Source: Rhizobiaceae bacterium (GTDB lineage Bacteria; Pseudomonadota; Alphaproteobacteria; Rhizobiales; Rhizobiaceae). Taken from it: a DNA stretch of 64,000 nt. The stretch lies in NCBI GenBank assembly GCA_965248715.1, contig CBDFKB010000006.1:87871-151870 (forward strand), written 5' to 3'. Position 1 is the first letter of the stretch. Each line of letters starts with the position of its first letter. The notes under the pieces were generated by a model. The model searched no databases and was not told the DNA's origin. It saw only the letters and a list, made by a program, of their open reading frames with translations. Both the position numbers and the translations under genes were made by a program. Shown in pieces: positions 9,231 to 18,111 of the stretch.

Positions 9231-9348
9231 TAACCGGCGAATTAGCGGCAACGAGTGTCGGGCAACATCGACCACGACGGAAAAACTTTTGAGAAAATAT
9301 CGAATGGAAAGCCGCAGATGAAATTGCAGCTATAGGCATTGTGAATAC

Positions 9349-9378
9349 AAAAAGCCCGCCGATCCAATCGGCTGTTTT
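9349..9378. terminator. bidirectional intrinsic-terminator-like hairpin downstream of cspA
   Basis: AAAAA-GCCCGCCGAT-CCA-ATCGGCTG-TTTT: a stem flanked by an A-run and a T-run, about 100 nt past the cspA stop on the minus strand. Confidence 0.5.
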
Positions 9379-9479
9379 CGATCCATTCAGACCCTAATAT
9401 CAACGGTATTTGCTATTGTTTGGATCCTAACCCTAAATCGGTCCCTGCCCAGCGATGAAACCGGGCAGGGGCCAAATTG

Positions 9480-9695
9480 TTAGGACGCCATTTGAACGTT
9501 GGTCGCCTGTTTGCCACGGCCGCGCGGATCATCTTCGATCTCAAACGTTACCGCATCGCCATCATTTAATGCCGGCAGGCCGGAGCGTTCAACGGCAGTA
9601 GCATGAACGAATACGTCCTTGCCGCCATCTTCCGGCGAAATGAAGCCGAAGCCACGGGTGTGATTGAAGAATTTTACAGTTCCGTTAACTCGCAT
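9480..9695 (-). CDS. cspA: cold-shock protein (CSD family)
   Basis: MRVNGTVKFFNHTRGFGFISPEDGGKDVFVHATAVE carries the RNP1/RNP2 motifs. I chose the internal ATG at 9695, with AAGGA upstream, over the 89-aa track ORF. Confidence 0.9.
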   Translation of the reverse strand: MRVNGTVKFFNHTRGFGFISPEDGGKDVFVHATAVERSGLPALNDGDAVTFEIEDDPRGRGKQATNVQMAS

Positions 9696-9910
9696 TTGGG
9701 GGTCCTTTCCCGATTTAGTTTGCAAGTGTTGCTTGGAGTTTGAATCCACGTCGGCGCCTTTATTGGCGAGGTGTGGGTCACAGATCGTCGGGAAGGGGCG
9801 GCAAAATGCAAACGGTGGACGTAGCGGCCAGGTTCCAGTATCATTTTCGCTAGAACGCGGCTCTAATGCTGGCAGACGGGGGTTTTCTTGGTATCTGGCG
9901 TAAACGGCAC

Positions 9911-9994
9911 TGTCGGTTCTCGGACAAGAATACGCGACAAAACAAATAGATAGAGCACTATTTGCGATTCACAAATGGCGAAAAGTGCGCTAGC
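9911..9994. repeat. mosaic palindromic intergenic repeat (partial module A, spacer, hairpin module B')
   Basis: GCGACAAAACAAATAGATAGAGCACTATTTGCGATTCACAAATGGCGAAAAGTGC is nearly identical to 58218-58275. It ends at GCTAGC. Confidence 0.85.
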
Positions 9995-10628
9995 TTGTTT
10001 TGGCCTTGGTTAGAACCAGAAATGTCATCATACCAAGCGGCGGCAAAGTTTTTTGTTCTTCGACCACCAGTGTCTGCTCGTGTAGGACCATCTCGATCTT
10101 GAAATCCGAATGCCAACCGATGATGTTGGCGAAAGGTGCAGATACCCGTTCGAGAAATGCTAATACCCCCTGCGTGCGCACAAAGTGATTTGTAATTACC
10201 ACTTTGCCGCCCGGTTTCAGCACCCGTGCAATTTCGGCCATCACTTTTTCCGACTCCGGCACCACCGACAGCACATGCATAGCGGCAATGGTGTCAAAGG
10301 AGTTATCCGGGAAATCGAGCATTCGGGCGTCCATCTGCAGCAGTGCCACCACCTGCTTCAGTTTCATGCGCAGCACCTTGCTCCGGGCCTTTGCCAGCAT
10401 CTTTGTGCTGAAATCAATCCCTGTAACCTGCAGGTCGGGTTTGTAGTGTTGCAGGGAAAGTCCGGTGCCAACGCCAACTTCAAGCACGGTACCTGTCAGG
10501 TTATTGATATACTCGACCGCCCGGCACCTGCCGACATTGGTCACCACACCAAAGGTTTTGTCATAGACTGGGGCCCAGCGGGCATAGGAGGTTTGAACTG
10601 CTTCGATATCCACTCTATTTTCCTTCAT
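9990..10628 (-). CDS. class I SAM-dependent methyltransferase; probable phospholipid (phosphatidylethanolamine) N-methyltransferase, judged from context
   Basis: VLEVGVGTGLSL SAM motif I and a UbiE-like fold. Lies immediately downstream of, and overlapping, pssA in a psd-pssA-MT operon. I prefer the start at ATG 10628. Confidence 0.55.
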   Translation of the reverse strand: MKENRVDIEAVQTSYARWAPVYDKTFGVVTNVGRCRAVEYINNLTGTVLEVGVGTGLSLQHYKPDLQVTGIDFSTKMLAKARSKVLRMKLKQVVALLQMDARMLDFPDNSFDTIAAMHVLSVVPESEKVMAEIARVLKPGGKVVITNHFVRTQGVLAFLERVSAPFANIIGWHSDFKIEMVLHEQTLVVEEQKTLPPLGMMTFLVLTKAKTS

Positions 10629-11379
10629 TAAATTTAGGCGGTTGCTTCGAAAGCAAGTACCAAGCCACCATTCCAATATATCCAAGACAAAGGACAATCA
10701 GGGTGATCCAAGCATAGGTCAGCACGGCGGCCCCAACAAACGCAAAGCCAACCAAGAGGAATTTTACATTCGTGCGCGATACTCGGGTGGTTTTGAACGA
10801 CCAAGTGGGTATGGGGCTGATCATCGCCAAACCAACTACAACCATGTAGGCGCAAATGATGAAACCGGGCAGCAGGGGTGTTTGGGAAAAAGCAAAGGAC
10901 ACGTACATCGGCAACATAACCAGCAGCGCACCTGCTGGTGAGGGAACGCCAACAAAATGGGCGCTTGGTTCGGCCTGGTCACTGTCATGGTCGGTTTTGC
11001 TGTCGACGTTGAACCGAGCCAGTCGCAAAACGCAGCACACTGCATAGATCAGAACCGAAATCCATGCGGCACTGCGCATGTCCTGCAAGGCCCAGAAATA
11101 GACCACCATCGGCGGGGCAACCCCAAAATTCACAAAATCCGCCAGCGAATCTAGTTCGGCACCCATTTTGCTGTCACTGCTCAGCATTCGTGCCAATCTT
11201 CCATCGAGCCCATCGAGAATACAGGCCGCCACGATCAACTGCACCGCCAGCACGTAGTTGCCCTGAACCCCGAAGCGGATTGCCGTCAGGCCCGCACAAA
11301 TAGCCGTGATTGTCAGCATATTCGGGATTAACTGAACCAGTGCAAAGTCGCTTATGGTTTTTTGTGGGGCTTGGGTCAT
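10615..11379 (-). CDS. pssA: CDP-diacylglycerol--serine O-phosphatidyltransferase
   Basis: DGLDGRLARMLSSDSKMGAELDSLAD is the CDP-alcohol phosphatidyltransferase motif. A multi-TM 254-aa protein next to psd. Confidence 0.9.
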   Translation of the reverse strand: MTQAPQKTISDFALVQLIPNMLTITAICAGLTAIRFGVQGNYVLAVQLIVAACILDGLDGRLARMLSSDSKMGAELDSLADFVNFGVAPPMVVYFWALQDMRSAAWISVLIYAVCCVLRLARFNVDSKTDHDSDQAEPSAHFVGVPSPAGALLVMLPMYVSFAFSQTPLLPGFIICAYMVVVGLAMISPIPTWSFKTTRVSRTNVKFLLVGFAFVGAAVLTYAWITLIVLCLGYIGMVAWYLLSKQPPKFNEGK

Positions 11380-11391
11380 TGATCTGTCACT

Positions 11392-12066
11392 CTAGCTGCC
11401 ACCGGAAGCGTTCAGGTCAGCCAGCACTGTTTCGCCTGCAACCATTGTCTGCCCGATGCTGACCACAGGCACCACGCCGGGTGGCAGAAATACATCAAGA
11501 CGAGAGCCGAACCGGATCAGGCCAAACCGGTCGCCGGTTTGCAACTGCTGGCCCGGTTTCGCGAAACAGATAATGCGCCGGGCAACCAATCCGGCTATCT
11601 GCACAACTGCCAGCTCGCTGCCATCGGACATCCGCACACAAAGGCTGTTGCGCTCATTATCTGCGCTGGCCTTGTCCAAAGAAGCATTAAAGAACTTTCC
11701 CGGGCGATAGGCCACCGAAGTGATTTCACCCGCAATTGGAGCTCGGTTCACGTGGCAGTTAAAAACACTCATGAACACGCTCACACGAATTAGGGCAATA
11801 TCTGCCATACCCAACTCAGCCGGGGGAACAGCCGGTTCGATCAGCGACACAATGCCATCCGCCGGGCTTACAATCAGCCCTGGGCGCAAAGGTGTTACCC
11901 GTTCTGGATCGCGGAAGAAGTAATAGCACCAGATGGTCAGGCCAACACCGCTCCAACCCAAAACCGATGAGATCAGGAACAAGCCAACGGTGACGGTGGC
12001 AAAGATGGCGACGAATTTGATGCCTTCCGGATGCATCGGCTTGATGAATGTGGCAAGCATATTCAT
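11392..12066 (-). CDS. psd: phosphatidylserine decarboxylase proenzyme (short alphaproteobacterial form)
   Basis: 224 aa with the FGSRLDV self-cleavage region and an N-terminal membrane anchor. Operon partner of pssA. Confidence 0.9.
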   Translation of the reverse strand: MNMLATFIKPMHPEGIKFVAIFATVTVGLFLISSVLGWSGVGLTIWCYYFFRDPERVTPLRPGLIVSPADGIVSLIEPAVPPAELGMADIALIRVSVFMSVFNCHVNRAPIAGEITSVAYRPGKFFNASLDKASADNERNSLCVRMSDGSELAVVQIAGLVARRIICFAKPGQQLQTGDRFGLIRFGSRLDVFLPPGVVPVVSIGQTMVAGETVLADLNASGGS

Positions 12067-12192
12067 TATGGCTTCCCCGAGCGGTAAGTTGAGCCACTCT
12101 CATAAGGTGGTCTGGGCTGAACGCAAGAGTATTCTTGGATGCGTACCAAGGCAGTGCGATAGTTCTATAGGTGGTTGGAGGTTTTGGGTTCA

Positions 12193-12268
12193 CTTCGTCG
12201 CGCTATCTCTTAGTTTATGCGTGTCATTTTTCCCAAAACCGGTGCCCACTTTTGGGTGACACGCTCTA
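12193..12268. repeat. mosaic palindromic intergenic repeat (half module B, spacer, module A in reverse orientation)
   Basis: CTTCGTCGCGCTATCTCTTAGTTTATGCGTGTCATTTTTCCCAAAACCGGTGCCCACTTTTGGGTGACACGCTCTA matches 33400-33484 and 55296-55367. Confidence 0.85.
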
Positions 12269-12362
12269 TCCTGCGCCGAAATAGATCACGACCCACCGAC
12301 CCCGCCCGGTATCGCGATAGCGACCGTCTCATGCTTGCCGCAAAGCGGGGATGGTATGTGGC

Positions 12363-12404
12363 CGGTCTCGTCATTTGTTGGGAGCGCAGCAAATGACGAG
12401 ACCG
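12363..12404 (+). other. orphan perfect 15-bp-stem hairpin (terminator-like on the plus strand)
   Basis: CGGTCTCGTCATTTG (12363-12377), a 12-nt loop, then CAAATGACGAGACCG (12390-12404), followed by AGCCCTTTTCAG. No plus-strand gene lies upstream. Confidence 0.4.
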
Positions 12405-12562
12405 AGCCCTTTTCAGTCCTTGGGATGATGTTGCGAGTAGAAAGTGTTGGCCAATCACCGCACCCAATCATGGCCCGAAGCAGCCCAATTTGCATTCGGC
12501 CTCCTGATATGGGTTTGTTATAGGAGGCCTCTTGCAATTTTTGCAATTATGCCAAGGCGTTG

Positions 12563-13012
12563 TTATTCGATTGGCATGAAATCAAACTTTGAATCAGCGA
12601 AAAAGAAAAACTCGCACGGTATGTCGGAGACACAAGCGGTCGAGTGAACAGAGTTAGCGGGCACGTACCAATATGATCCAGCCGCCATTTTTGGCGGATC
12701 TTTTTGGTCTTTGAACGGATTGGTCATTATCCCTTTCAATACAACTCCATGATAGGCGCCTGAATGGGTGTGAATCCCGGAATCAAAGTTTGCGGGAAAC
12801 TTGCCAAATGTTCCGTGCATCCCCTTCGACATGTCACCAAAGGCGTCAGCCATCTGAATGGCTGGGTTGATGTTCACGTATTTGAGTTGAGCTTTTGGCA
12901 GAGCGACATCTTTCGATGGGTCAAACTGCGAGCCCGCAAGTGCCGAGCCATTGGCAAGCGCTAGAGAGCAGGCAGCGGAGATTGTGAGAATTTTGAGATG
13001 TGAGAGTTTCAT
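12563..13012 (-). CDS. secreted cupin-like protein of unknown function
   Basis: Signal peptide MKLSHLKILTISAACSLALANGSALA. SGIHTHSGAYHGVVLKG resembles cupin motif 1. Confidence 0.6.
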   Translation of the reverse strand: MKLSHLKILTISAACSLALANGSALAGSQFDPSKDVALPKAQLKYVNINPAIQMADAFGDMSKGMHGTFGKFPANFDSGIHTHSGAYHGVVLKGIMTNPFKDQKDPPKMAAGSYWYVPANSVHSTACVSDIPCEFFFFADSKFDFMPIE

Positions 13013-13191
13013 CGGTTTCTTCCTTGTGGTTTCAAATACACCACAGAAAGCATATCGACAGTTATTTGGATGATGAATTACAGATAGTCCGGAAAAACAA
13101 ACTCAAAGTCCATTTGATCCACCGAATTTGTTGATTCATGCTGTGTTGAGGTGGTAAGTATTCGATCCAAGTGAATTGCGAGAACAGCGAC

Positions 13192-14109
13192 ATGCCAGAC
13201 GCTCTAAGCGAGGTCATGCAGCGAATTAGATTGAAAAGCTGCGTATACTTTCAGCGAGATTTCCATTCACCCTGGGCTATGAAAATCGAAGGTACTGGCT
13301 ATGCACAGTTTCACGTCATCACGCGTGGCAGCTGCGTTGTAATAACCGATGGTCAATCCTACGAATGTTCAACCGGAGACGTGTTGCTTTTTCCGCATGG
13401 GCTCAGTCACGTTCTTGCAGATCATCCTGATAGCAAGCCCTTGTCGGGCGCTGAAGTGATGAACTCTTTCGATGGAGAGAGCCCGTGTTTTGCCAAGGGT
13501 GGGTCCCCAACCCGCGTCATTTGTGGCCATTTTGAATATCGGACCGACATTCACCACCCGCTGATAGATGACCTGCCGGAACTGGTTCATGTCAAAACCA
13601 TGGAAATTCTCGGCGAAAATCCCAATACAACCGTATTACCATTGATCATGGGAGAGCTTTCCAAGCGCAGACCGGGCCAATCGCTGATTGTTGAACGATA
13701 TGCTGAAATACTGCTCATTCACACGCTCCGTCTACATTACGCCGAAACGAAGCATCCGACGGGTTTTTATACAGCACTGGCAGATGAACGGCTTGAGCGG
13801 GCAATATCCCTAATACACTCGGACTTCGCATCGCCAATCGGCTTGGCTGACTTGGCCGGCAGCGCGGCCATGTCGAGGTCAGCATTTGCCCAACAATTTA
13901 AGCACAAAGTGCGTATTTCTCCGATCGAATATCTGTCGAAGTGGCGGATGCTGGTGGCGGAGGAGTTGTTGAAAACCACTGAGTTGACCGTTGTCCGAGT
14001 AGCTGAAAAAGTTGGGTACGAATCCGACATCTCCTTCGCGCGAGCGTTTAAGCGCGAATACGGCGTCACACCATCATCATTTCGCAAATGGCAGTTCGAG
14101 CGAGAATGA
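13192..14109 (+). CDS. AraC family transcriptional regulator with N-terminal cupin domain
   Basis: C-terminal HTH_18 region: LADLAGSAAMSRSAFAQQFKHKVRISPIEYLSKWRMLVAEELL...VGYESDISFARAFKREYGVTPSSFR. Confidence 0.85.
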   Translation: MPDALSEVMQRIRLKSCVYFQRDFHSPWAMKIEGTGYAQFHVITRGSCVVITDGQSYECSTGDVLLFPHGLSHVLADHPDSKPLSGAEVMNSFDGESPCFAKGGSPTRVICGHFEYRTDIHHPLIDDLPELVHVKTMEILGENPNTTVLPLIMGELSKRRPGQSLIVERYAEILLIHTLRLHYAETKHPTGFYTALADERLERAISLIHSDFASPIGLADLAGSAAMSRSAFAQQFKHKVRISPIEYLSKWRMLVAEELLKTTELTVVRVAEKVGYESDISFARAFKREYGVTPSSFRKWQFERE

Positions 14110-14152
14110 TTTGGAAGATAACTATCAGAAATTTAGGCGGCGCAGTTGGCCT

Positions 14153-14189
14153 TAATACCAAGGGAAATTACTATTACGCCTTGGTCTGG
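14153..14189. repeat. collapsed copy of the 26-bp TIR family (full left arm plus short inverted right arm)
   Basis: TAATACCAAGGGAAATTACTATTACG matches TTATACCAAGGGAATTTACTATTGAC at 21/26 positions, followed directly by CCTTGGTCTGG. Sits in a convergent intergenic region. Confidence 0.6.
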
Positions 14190-14288
14190 CCGACCAACAG
14201 AAAAGCCCAACAAAGTCCACAGGGCGCAAAAGATCGGCCTGCGGTGGGTCAAACCTTGCGCCGAAACAGGTCACGCCCACCGGCCTGC

Positions 14289-15170
14289 TCACCGCTCGGC
14301 CAGCAGCATCAACAGCGCTGCGACCGTCGCCGCCGCCCCGAGCCAGACCGCCGGCGCTACCCAGCCATGGCCAAACACGCCTTCCTGTATGATCACGAAG
14401 CTCGGCACCAAATAGCCATAAGCCATTACCTTGGCCGACGGCAGGCGCAGCGTCGCATATTGCACCAGGAAAAAGGTAAACGCGGTGGTAGCCACGCCAA
14501 GATAGACAATCGCCGCCCAGGCAACCCACGGCAGGGTTGACCACCAGGTGTCCACCACGTCGCCGGCGCCATAAATTGCGGTCACCACCAAGCCACCAAC
14601 CAAGGTCGCAAATGTGTAGACCAGCACCGGTTCGTCGCGCCGGGTCATGCGCACAAGCGGGGTATAGAGCGCATGCATGGCGCACCCGGTCAGGAAGATC
14701 GCCTCACCACGACCAAGTGCCAGACCAAGGATCGCTGCCACATCAGCGCGAAAGATTACCCAGATTGCGCCGAGCGCCGCCAACAACAACGAAATAGCCA
14801 TCACCGGGGTGGTGATCTGGCGCATCAAGAGGAAGGCAAAGCCGGCACTCATAACCGGGGTCAAGGTGAATACCGCGCCGGTGGAAATCGGATCGGTGAT
14901 TTGCAGCGCCTCGAACATGGTGATGAAATAGCCGGCCATCAAACCGCCGAGCAGCGGGAAACGCCACAGCGCGGTAAAATGGCTCGCTCGCATTTTCGGC
15001 CAGGCGATCACGCCGATAACGCAAACCGCAAGCGCGAACCGCGCCGCCGTCAGCGCCGCCGGGTCGATGTGCGGTGCCGCCAGATCGCCCAGCGTAAACG
15101 AGATCGAAATTAGCACCGCGAACAACAACATCGCCGCGTGACCGCGCAGCGCTTCTGAGCGTTCATTCAT
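14289..15170 (-). CDS. DMT superfamily (EamA-like) transporter
   Basis: 293 aa, about 10 hydrophobic segments, two EamA-type halves. Confidence 0.85.
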   Translation of the reverse strand: MNERSEALRGHAAMLLFAVLISISFTLGDLAAPHIDPAALTAARFALAVCVIGVIAWPKMRASHFTALWRFPLLGGLMAGYFITMFEALQITDPISTGAVFTLTPVMSAGFAFLLMRQITTPVMAISLLLAALGAIWVIFRADVAAILGLALGRGEAIFLTGCAMHALYTPLVRMTRRDEPVLVYTFATLVGGLVVTAIYGAGDVVDTWWSTLPWVAWAAIVYLGVATTAFTFFLVQYATLRLPSAKVMAYGYLVPSFVIIQEGVFGHGWVAPAVWLGAAATVAALLMLLAER

Positions 15171-15272
15171 GGTATGTCTGCTGCTCTAACGATGATTGCC
15201 GAACAAATTCGTCCGCTGGTCTGATCAATTCCCAGTAACTTCGGTTTCGCCGCTGACCGGTAAATTCGCGCA

Positions 15273-15527
15273 CTATGCGCCCTTGGCAGGAGCTACACCG
15301 GCAGTATCCGCCGCTGCCTCGATCGGCTCCGCCAGGTTGCCCAATTCTTGTTGGATGTCCTTCTCCAATCTGCGCAGCAAGGTTTGGCGGGCTTCTTCGC
15401 GCTCTTCGAGCAAACGAAGCCCGGCGCGCATTACTTCAGACACGCCGCTAAAGCGTCCGCTTGCAATCAGATCAGCAATGAATTTCTGCTGATGTTCCGT
15501 TAGCGAGATACTTGGATTTCTCGACAT
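15273..15527 (-). CDS. parD: ParD-family (ribbon-helix-helix) type II antitoxin with no adjacent toxin
   Basis: MSRNPSISLTEHQQKFIADLIASGRFSGVSEVMRAGLRLLEEREE is the ParD/COG3609 signature. Confidence 0.8.
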   Translation of the reverse strand: MSRNPSISLTEHQQKFIADLIASGRFSGVSEVMRAGLRLLEEREEARQTLLRRLEKDIQQELGNLAEPIEAAADTAGVAPAKGA

Positions 15528-15577
15528 GCCGACCTCCGTAACCTATGTCGCTATAATAGCGACAATTACCAAAATTC

Positions 15578-16213
15578 TCAATCGCGAAGAATATTGGCTT
15601 GCGCCTGTTTGGCACCTTCCGTTTCCATCAACGCCCAATCGATCGCGTTTTCCAGCCGGTCGTCACCCCAAAACAATTCGTCGCCGACGGTAAAAGACGG
15701 CGCACCGAAAATGCCAAGGGTTTCGGCCCGCTCGGTCTGAGCACGCAACGCCAGTTTGTTGTTGTCTGCAAGTGCCATTGCCAGCACCTGATCCGGGTCA
15801 TGGCTACATTCCCTAATGGTTTGGCGCAAATTATCTTCGCTGCCGATCGCCGGCCCACCGCTCCAGTGGCGGCCAAACACCCCACGGCTGAACCCGCCGC
15901 ACCAACCTTCGCGCGCCGCCACCATCGCCACTCTTGCTGTCATCAGCGAATTGGGTGGAAATACGCTCGGCTTGACGAATGGGATGCCATGTTTGGATGC
16001 TTGGCGTTCAATGTCGCGCCACATATAGGCGAGTTTGTCGGCGAAAGGCAGGAATGGGCCCTGGTCCATGCCTTTCTTTACGAAGATCGGCATCAGCAAA
16101 AACGGCCGCCAGATGATCTCAACGCCCTTTTTGCGCGCAACTTCCTCGACCCGCATCACCGACAAATAGGCGTACGAACTGCCATATTCGAGCCAGAAAT
16201 CGACTTGTGTCAT
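15578..16213 (-). CDS. 2-hydroxychromene-2-carboxylate isomerase (DsbA-like)
   Basis: 211 aa. N-terminal VDFWLEYGSSYAYLS and C-terminal GIFGAPSFTVGDELFWGDDRLE are typical of the family. Confidence 0.85.
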   Translation of the reverse strand: MTQVDFWLEYGSSYAYLSVMRVEEVARKKGVEIIWRPFLLMPIFVKKGMDQGPFLPFADKLAYMWRDIERQASKHGIPFVKPSVFPPNSLMTARVAMVAAREGWCGGFSRGVFGRHWSGGPAIGSEDNLRQTIRECSHDPDQVLAMALADNNKLALRAQTERAETLGIFGAPSFTVGDELFWGDDRLENAIDWALMETEGAKQAQANILRD

Positions 16214-16239
16214 GACCGCAGCCCATTCGGTTTTGTCAC

Positions 16240-17553
16240 CTACTCCGCCGGCTCCCGCACGCTTGGATTGTTCGGATGCATGGTCCAGTTGGCGTAGTTC
16301 GGGTCGACCTTTTTACCGGTGCGTTTGTCTAGTGCGCCGGGGGCAAGCGGGTCCAAGGAGATGCAATTTTCCACCGGACAGACATTGGCGCACAAATTGC
16401 AACCGACGCATTCTTCTTCGATCACCGTAAATTTGCGTTCCCCATTGCTGTTCATCGAAATTGCCTGGTGCGAGGTATCTTCACAGGCGGCAAAACAGCG
16501 CCCGCACTGGATGCACAGTTCCTGATCGATACTGGCCTTGGCGATGTAATTGAGGTTGAGATATTGCCAGTCGCTGACGTTGGGCACCGCGCGGCCGATG
16601 AAATCGTCCAAGCTATTGTGGCCCTGCTCGTCCATCCAGTTGGAAAGCCCGTCGGTCATTTCGGTCACGATCCTGAAGCCATAGGTCATGGCGGCGGTGC
16701 AAACCTGCACATTGCCGGCACCAAGGGCCATGAATTCGGCCGCATCGCGCCAGGTGGTAACCCCGCCGATGCCGGAGATCGGCAGGCCGGCGGTTTCGGA
16801 ATCACGGGCGATATCGGCCACCATATTGAGCGCAATCGGCTTGACCGCCGGGCCGCAATAGCCGCCATGGGAACCCTTGCCGTCGATCGACGGTTCGGGC
16901 GAAAAATTATCCAGATTGACCGAGGTGATCGATGAGACCGTGTTAATCAGCGATACCGCATCAGCACCACCCGCCTTGGCGGCACGGGCCGGATAGCGGA
17001 TGTCGGTGATATTCGGTGTCAGTTTAACGATCACCGGCATACGAGTGTAGGCCTTGCACCAGCGCGCGACCATCTCGATATATTCCGGCACCTGGCCAAC
17101 CGCCGAACCCATGCCGCGCTCGCTCATGCCATGCGGGCAACCGAAATTAAGTTCGATGCCGTCGGCGCCAGTATCTTCGACCAACGGCAATATCTTTTTC
17201 CACGCCCCCTCCTCACACGGCACCATGATCGAAACTATCATTGCCCGGTCTGGCCAGTCGCGTTTGACCTGCTTGATTTCGCGTAAATTTACATGCAGAT
17301 CGCGGTCGGTGATCAGTTCGATATTGTTGAGGCCCAGCAAACGACGGTCAGCGCCCCAAACCGCGCCGTAGCGCGGGCCGTTGACATTTACTACCGGCGG
17401 ACCCTCCTCGCCAAGGGTCTTCCAAACCACACCGCCCCACCCGGCCTTAAAGGCGCGCACCACATTGTATTCTTTGTCGGTCGGCGGCGCGGACGCGAGC
17501 CAGAACGGGTTCGGCGATTTGATGCCGAGGAAGTTCGAAGCGATATTGGCCAT
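16240..17553 (-). CDS. preA: NAD-dependent dihydropyrimidine dehydrogenase subunit PreA
   Basis: 437 aa. A DHOD-like TIM barrel plus C-terminal 2x[4Fe-4S] motifs (CIQCGRCFAACED..., CVGCNLCANVCPV). Confidence 0.9.
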   Translation of the reverse strand: MANIASNFLGIKSPNPFWLASAPPTDKEYNVVRAFKAGWGGVVWKTLGEEGPPVVNVNGPRYGAVWGADRRLLGLNNIELITDRDLHVNLREIKQVKRDWPDRAMIVSIMVPCEEGAWKKILPLVEDTGADGIELNFGCPHGMSERGMGSAVGQVPEYIEMVARWCKAYTRMPVIVKLTPNITDIRYPARAAKAGGADAVSLINTVSSITSVNLDNFSPEPSIDGKGSHGGYCGPAVKPIALNMVADIARDSETAGLPISGIGGVTTWRDAAEFMALGAGNVQVCTAAMTYGFRIVTEMTDGLSNWMDEQGHNSLDDFIGRAVPNVSDWQYLNLNYIAKASIDQELCIQCGRCFAACEDTSHQAISMNSNGERKFTVIEEECVGCNLCANVCPVENCISLDPLAPGALDKRTGKKVDPNYANWTMHPNNPSVREPAE

Positions 17554-17564
17554 TTGGTCCTCCT

Positions 17565-18030
17565 ATTCCTCATCCGTCATCCTTGGGCTCCGGCCCAAGG
17601 ATCCAGTCTGATGCCTATTTCATACTCGCCACTTGGCCATCCTCAAAACGTTTGACGAAGGTCGGCTGAAACAAATTGTCATGTTCATAGCAGGTCGGGA
17701 AAAGGTCAGCCCAACCGGGATTGAAGTTCTCAATTAGGTTGAGTTTCCATTTTCTTCGATAGAGCTTCAGCGGTTTTTCCCGCTGAATTGCTGTTTCAAT
17801 ATCGTAGTGGCGCTCATACCACACAAGCGTCTTGCAGCCATACTGGCGGGTAAACCCTGGAATATCGCCCTGTTTATGTTCTTGCGCCCGGCGCCAAAGA
17901 TCAGAGGTAACGCCGATATATAGTGTCCCGTTTCGCTTTGAAGCCATAATGTAGACCCAACCCCCCATTTCAAAGCCGCCCGATTACTGGATCCTTGGGC
18001 CGGAGCCCAAGGATGACGGCCGAAATAGGT
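17565..18030 (-). mobile_element. GIY-YIG nuclease cassette 1, bounded by 34-bp hairpin-containing terminal inverted repeats
   Basis: TIRs CCGTCATCCTTGGGCTCCGGCCCAAGGATCCAGT at 17574-17607 and its exact reverse complement at 17986-18019. Each contains the ATCCTTGGGC-N4-GCCCAAGGAT hairpin. Confidence 0.7.
17615..17968 (-). CDS. GIY-YIG nuclease family protein (small stand-alone, COG2827/YhbQ-like)
   Basis: MGGWVYIMASKRNGTLYIGVTSDLWRRAQEHK...KTLVWYERH..IETAIQREKPLKLYRRKWKLNLIE contains the GIY...YIG and catalytic R/E motifs. Confidence 0.9.
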   Translation of the reverse strand: MGGWVYIMASKRNGTLYIGVTSDLWRRAQEHKQGDIPGFTRQYGCKTLVWYERHYDIETAIQREKPLKLYRRKWKLNLIENFNPGWADLFPTCYEHDNLFQPTFVKRFEDGQVASMK

Positions 18031-18111
18031 GTGGCGCGGACGCGAGCCAGAACGGGTTCGGCGATTTGATGCCGAGGAAGTTCGAAGCGATATTGGCCAT
18101 TTGGTCCTCCT

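Noticed and set aside
15162-15273. Short GTG ORF after parD as a ParE toxin remnant
   Set aside because: The 36-aa product (VREFTGQRRNRSYWELIRPADEF...) shows none of the ParE/RelE N-terminal pattern. It is kept only as a note within the orphan-antitoxin finding.
15599-16297. 232-aa plus-strand ORF
   Set aside because: Antisense to the HCCA isomerase gene. Arg/His-rich product without motifs.
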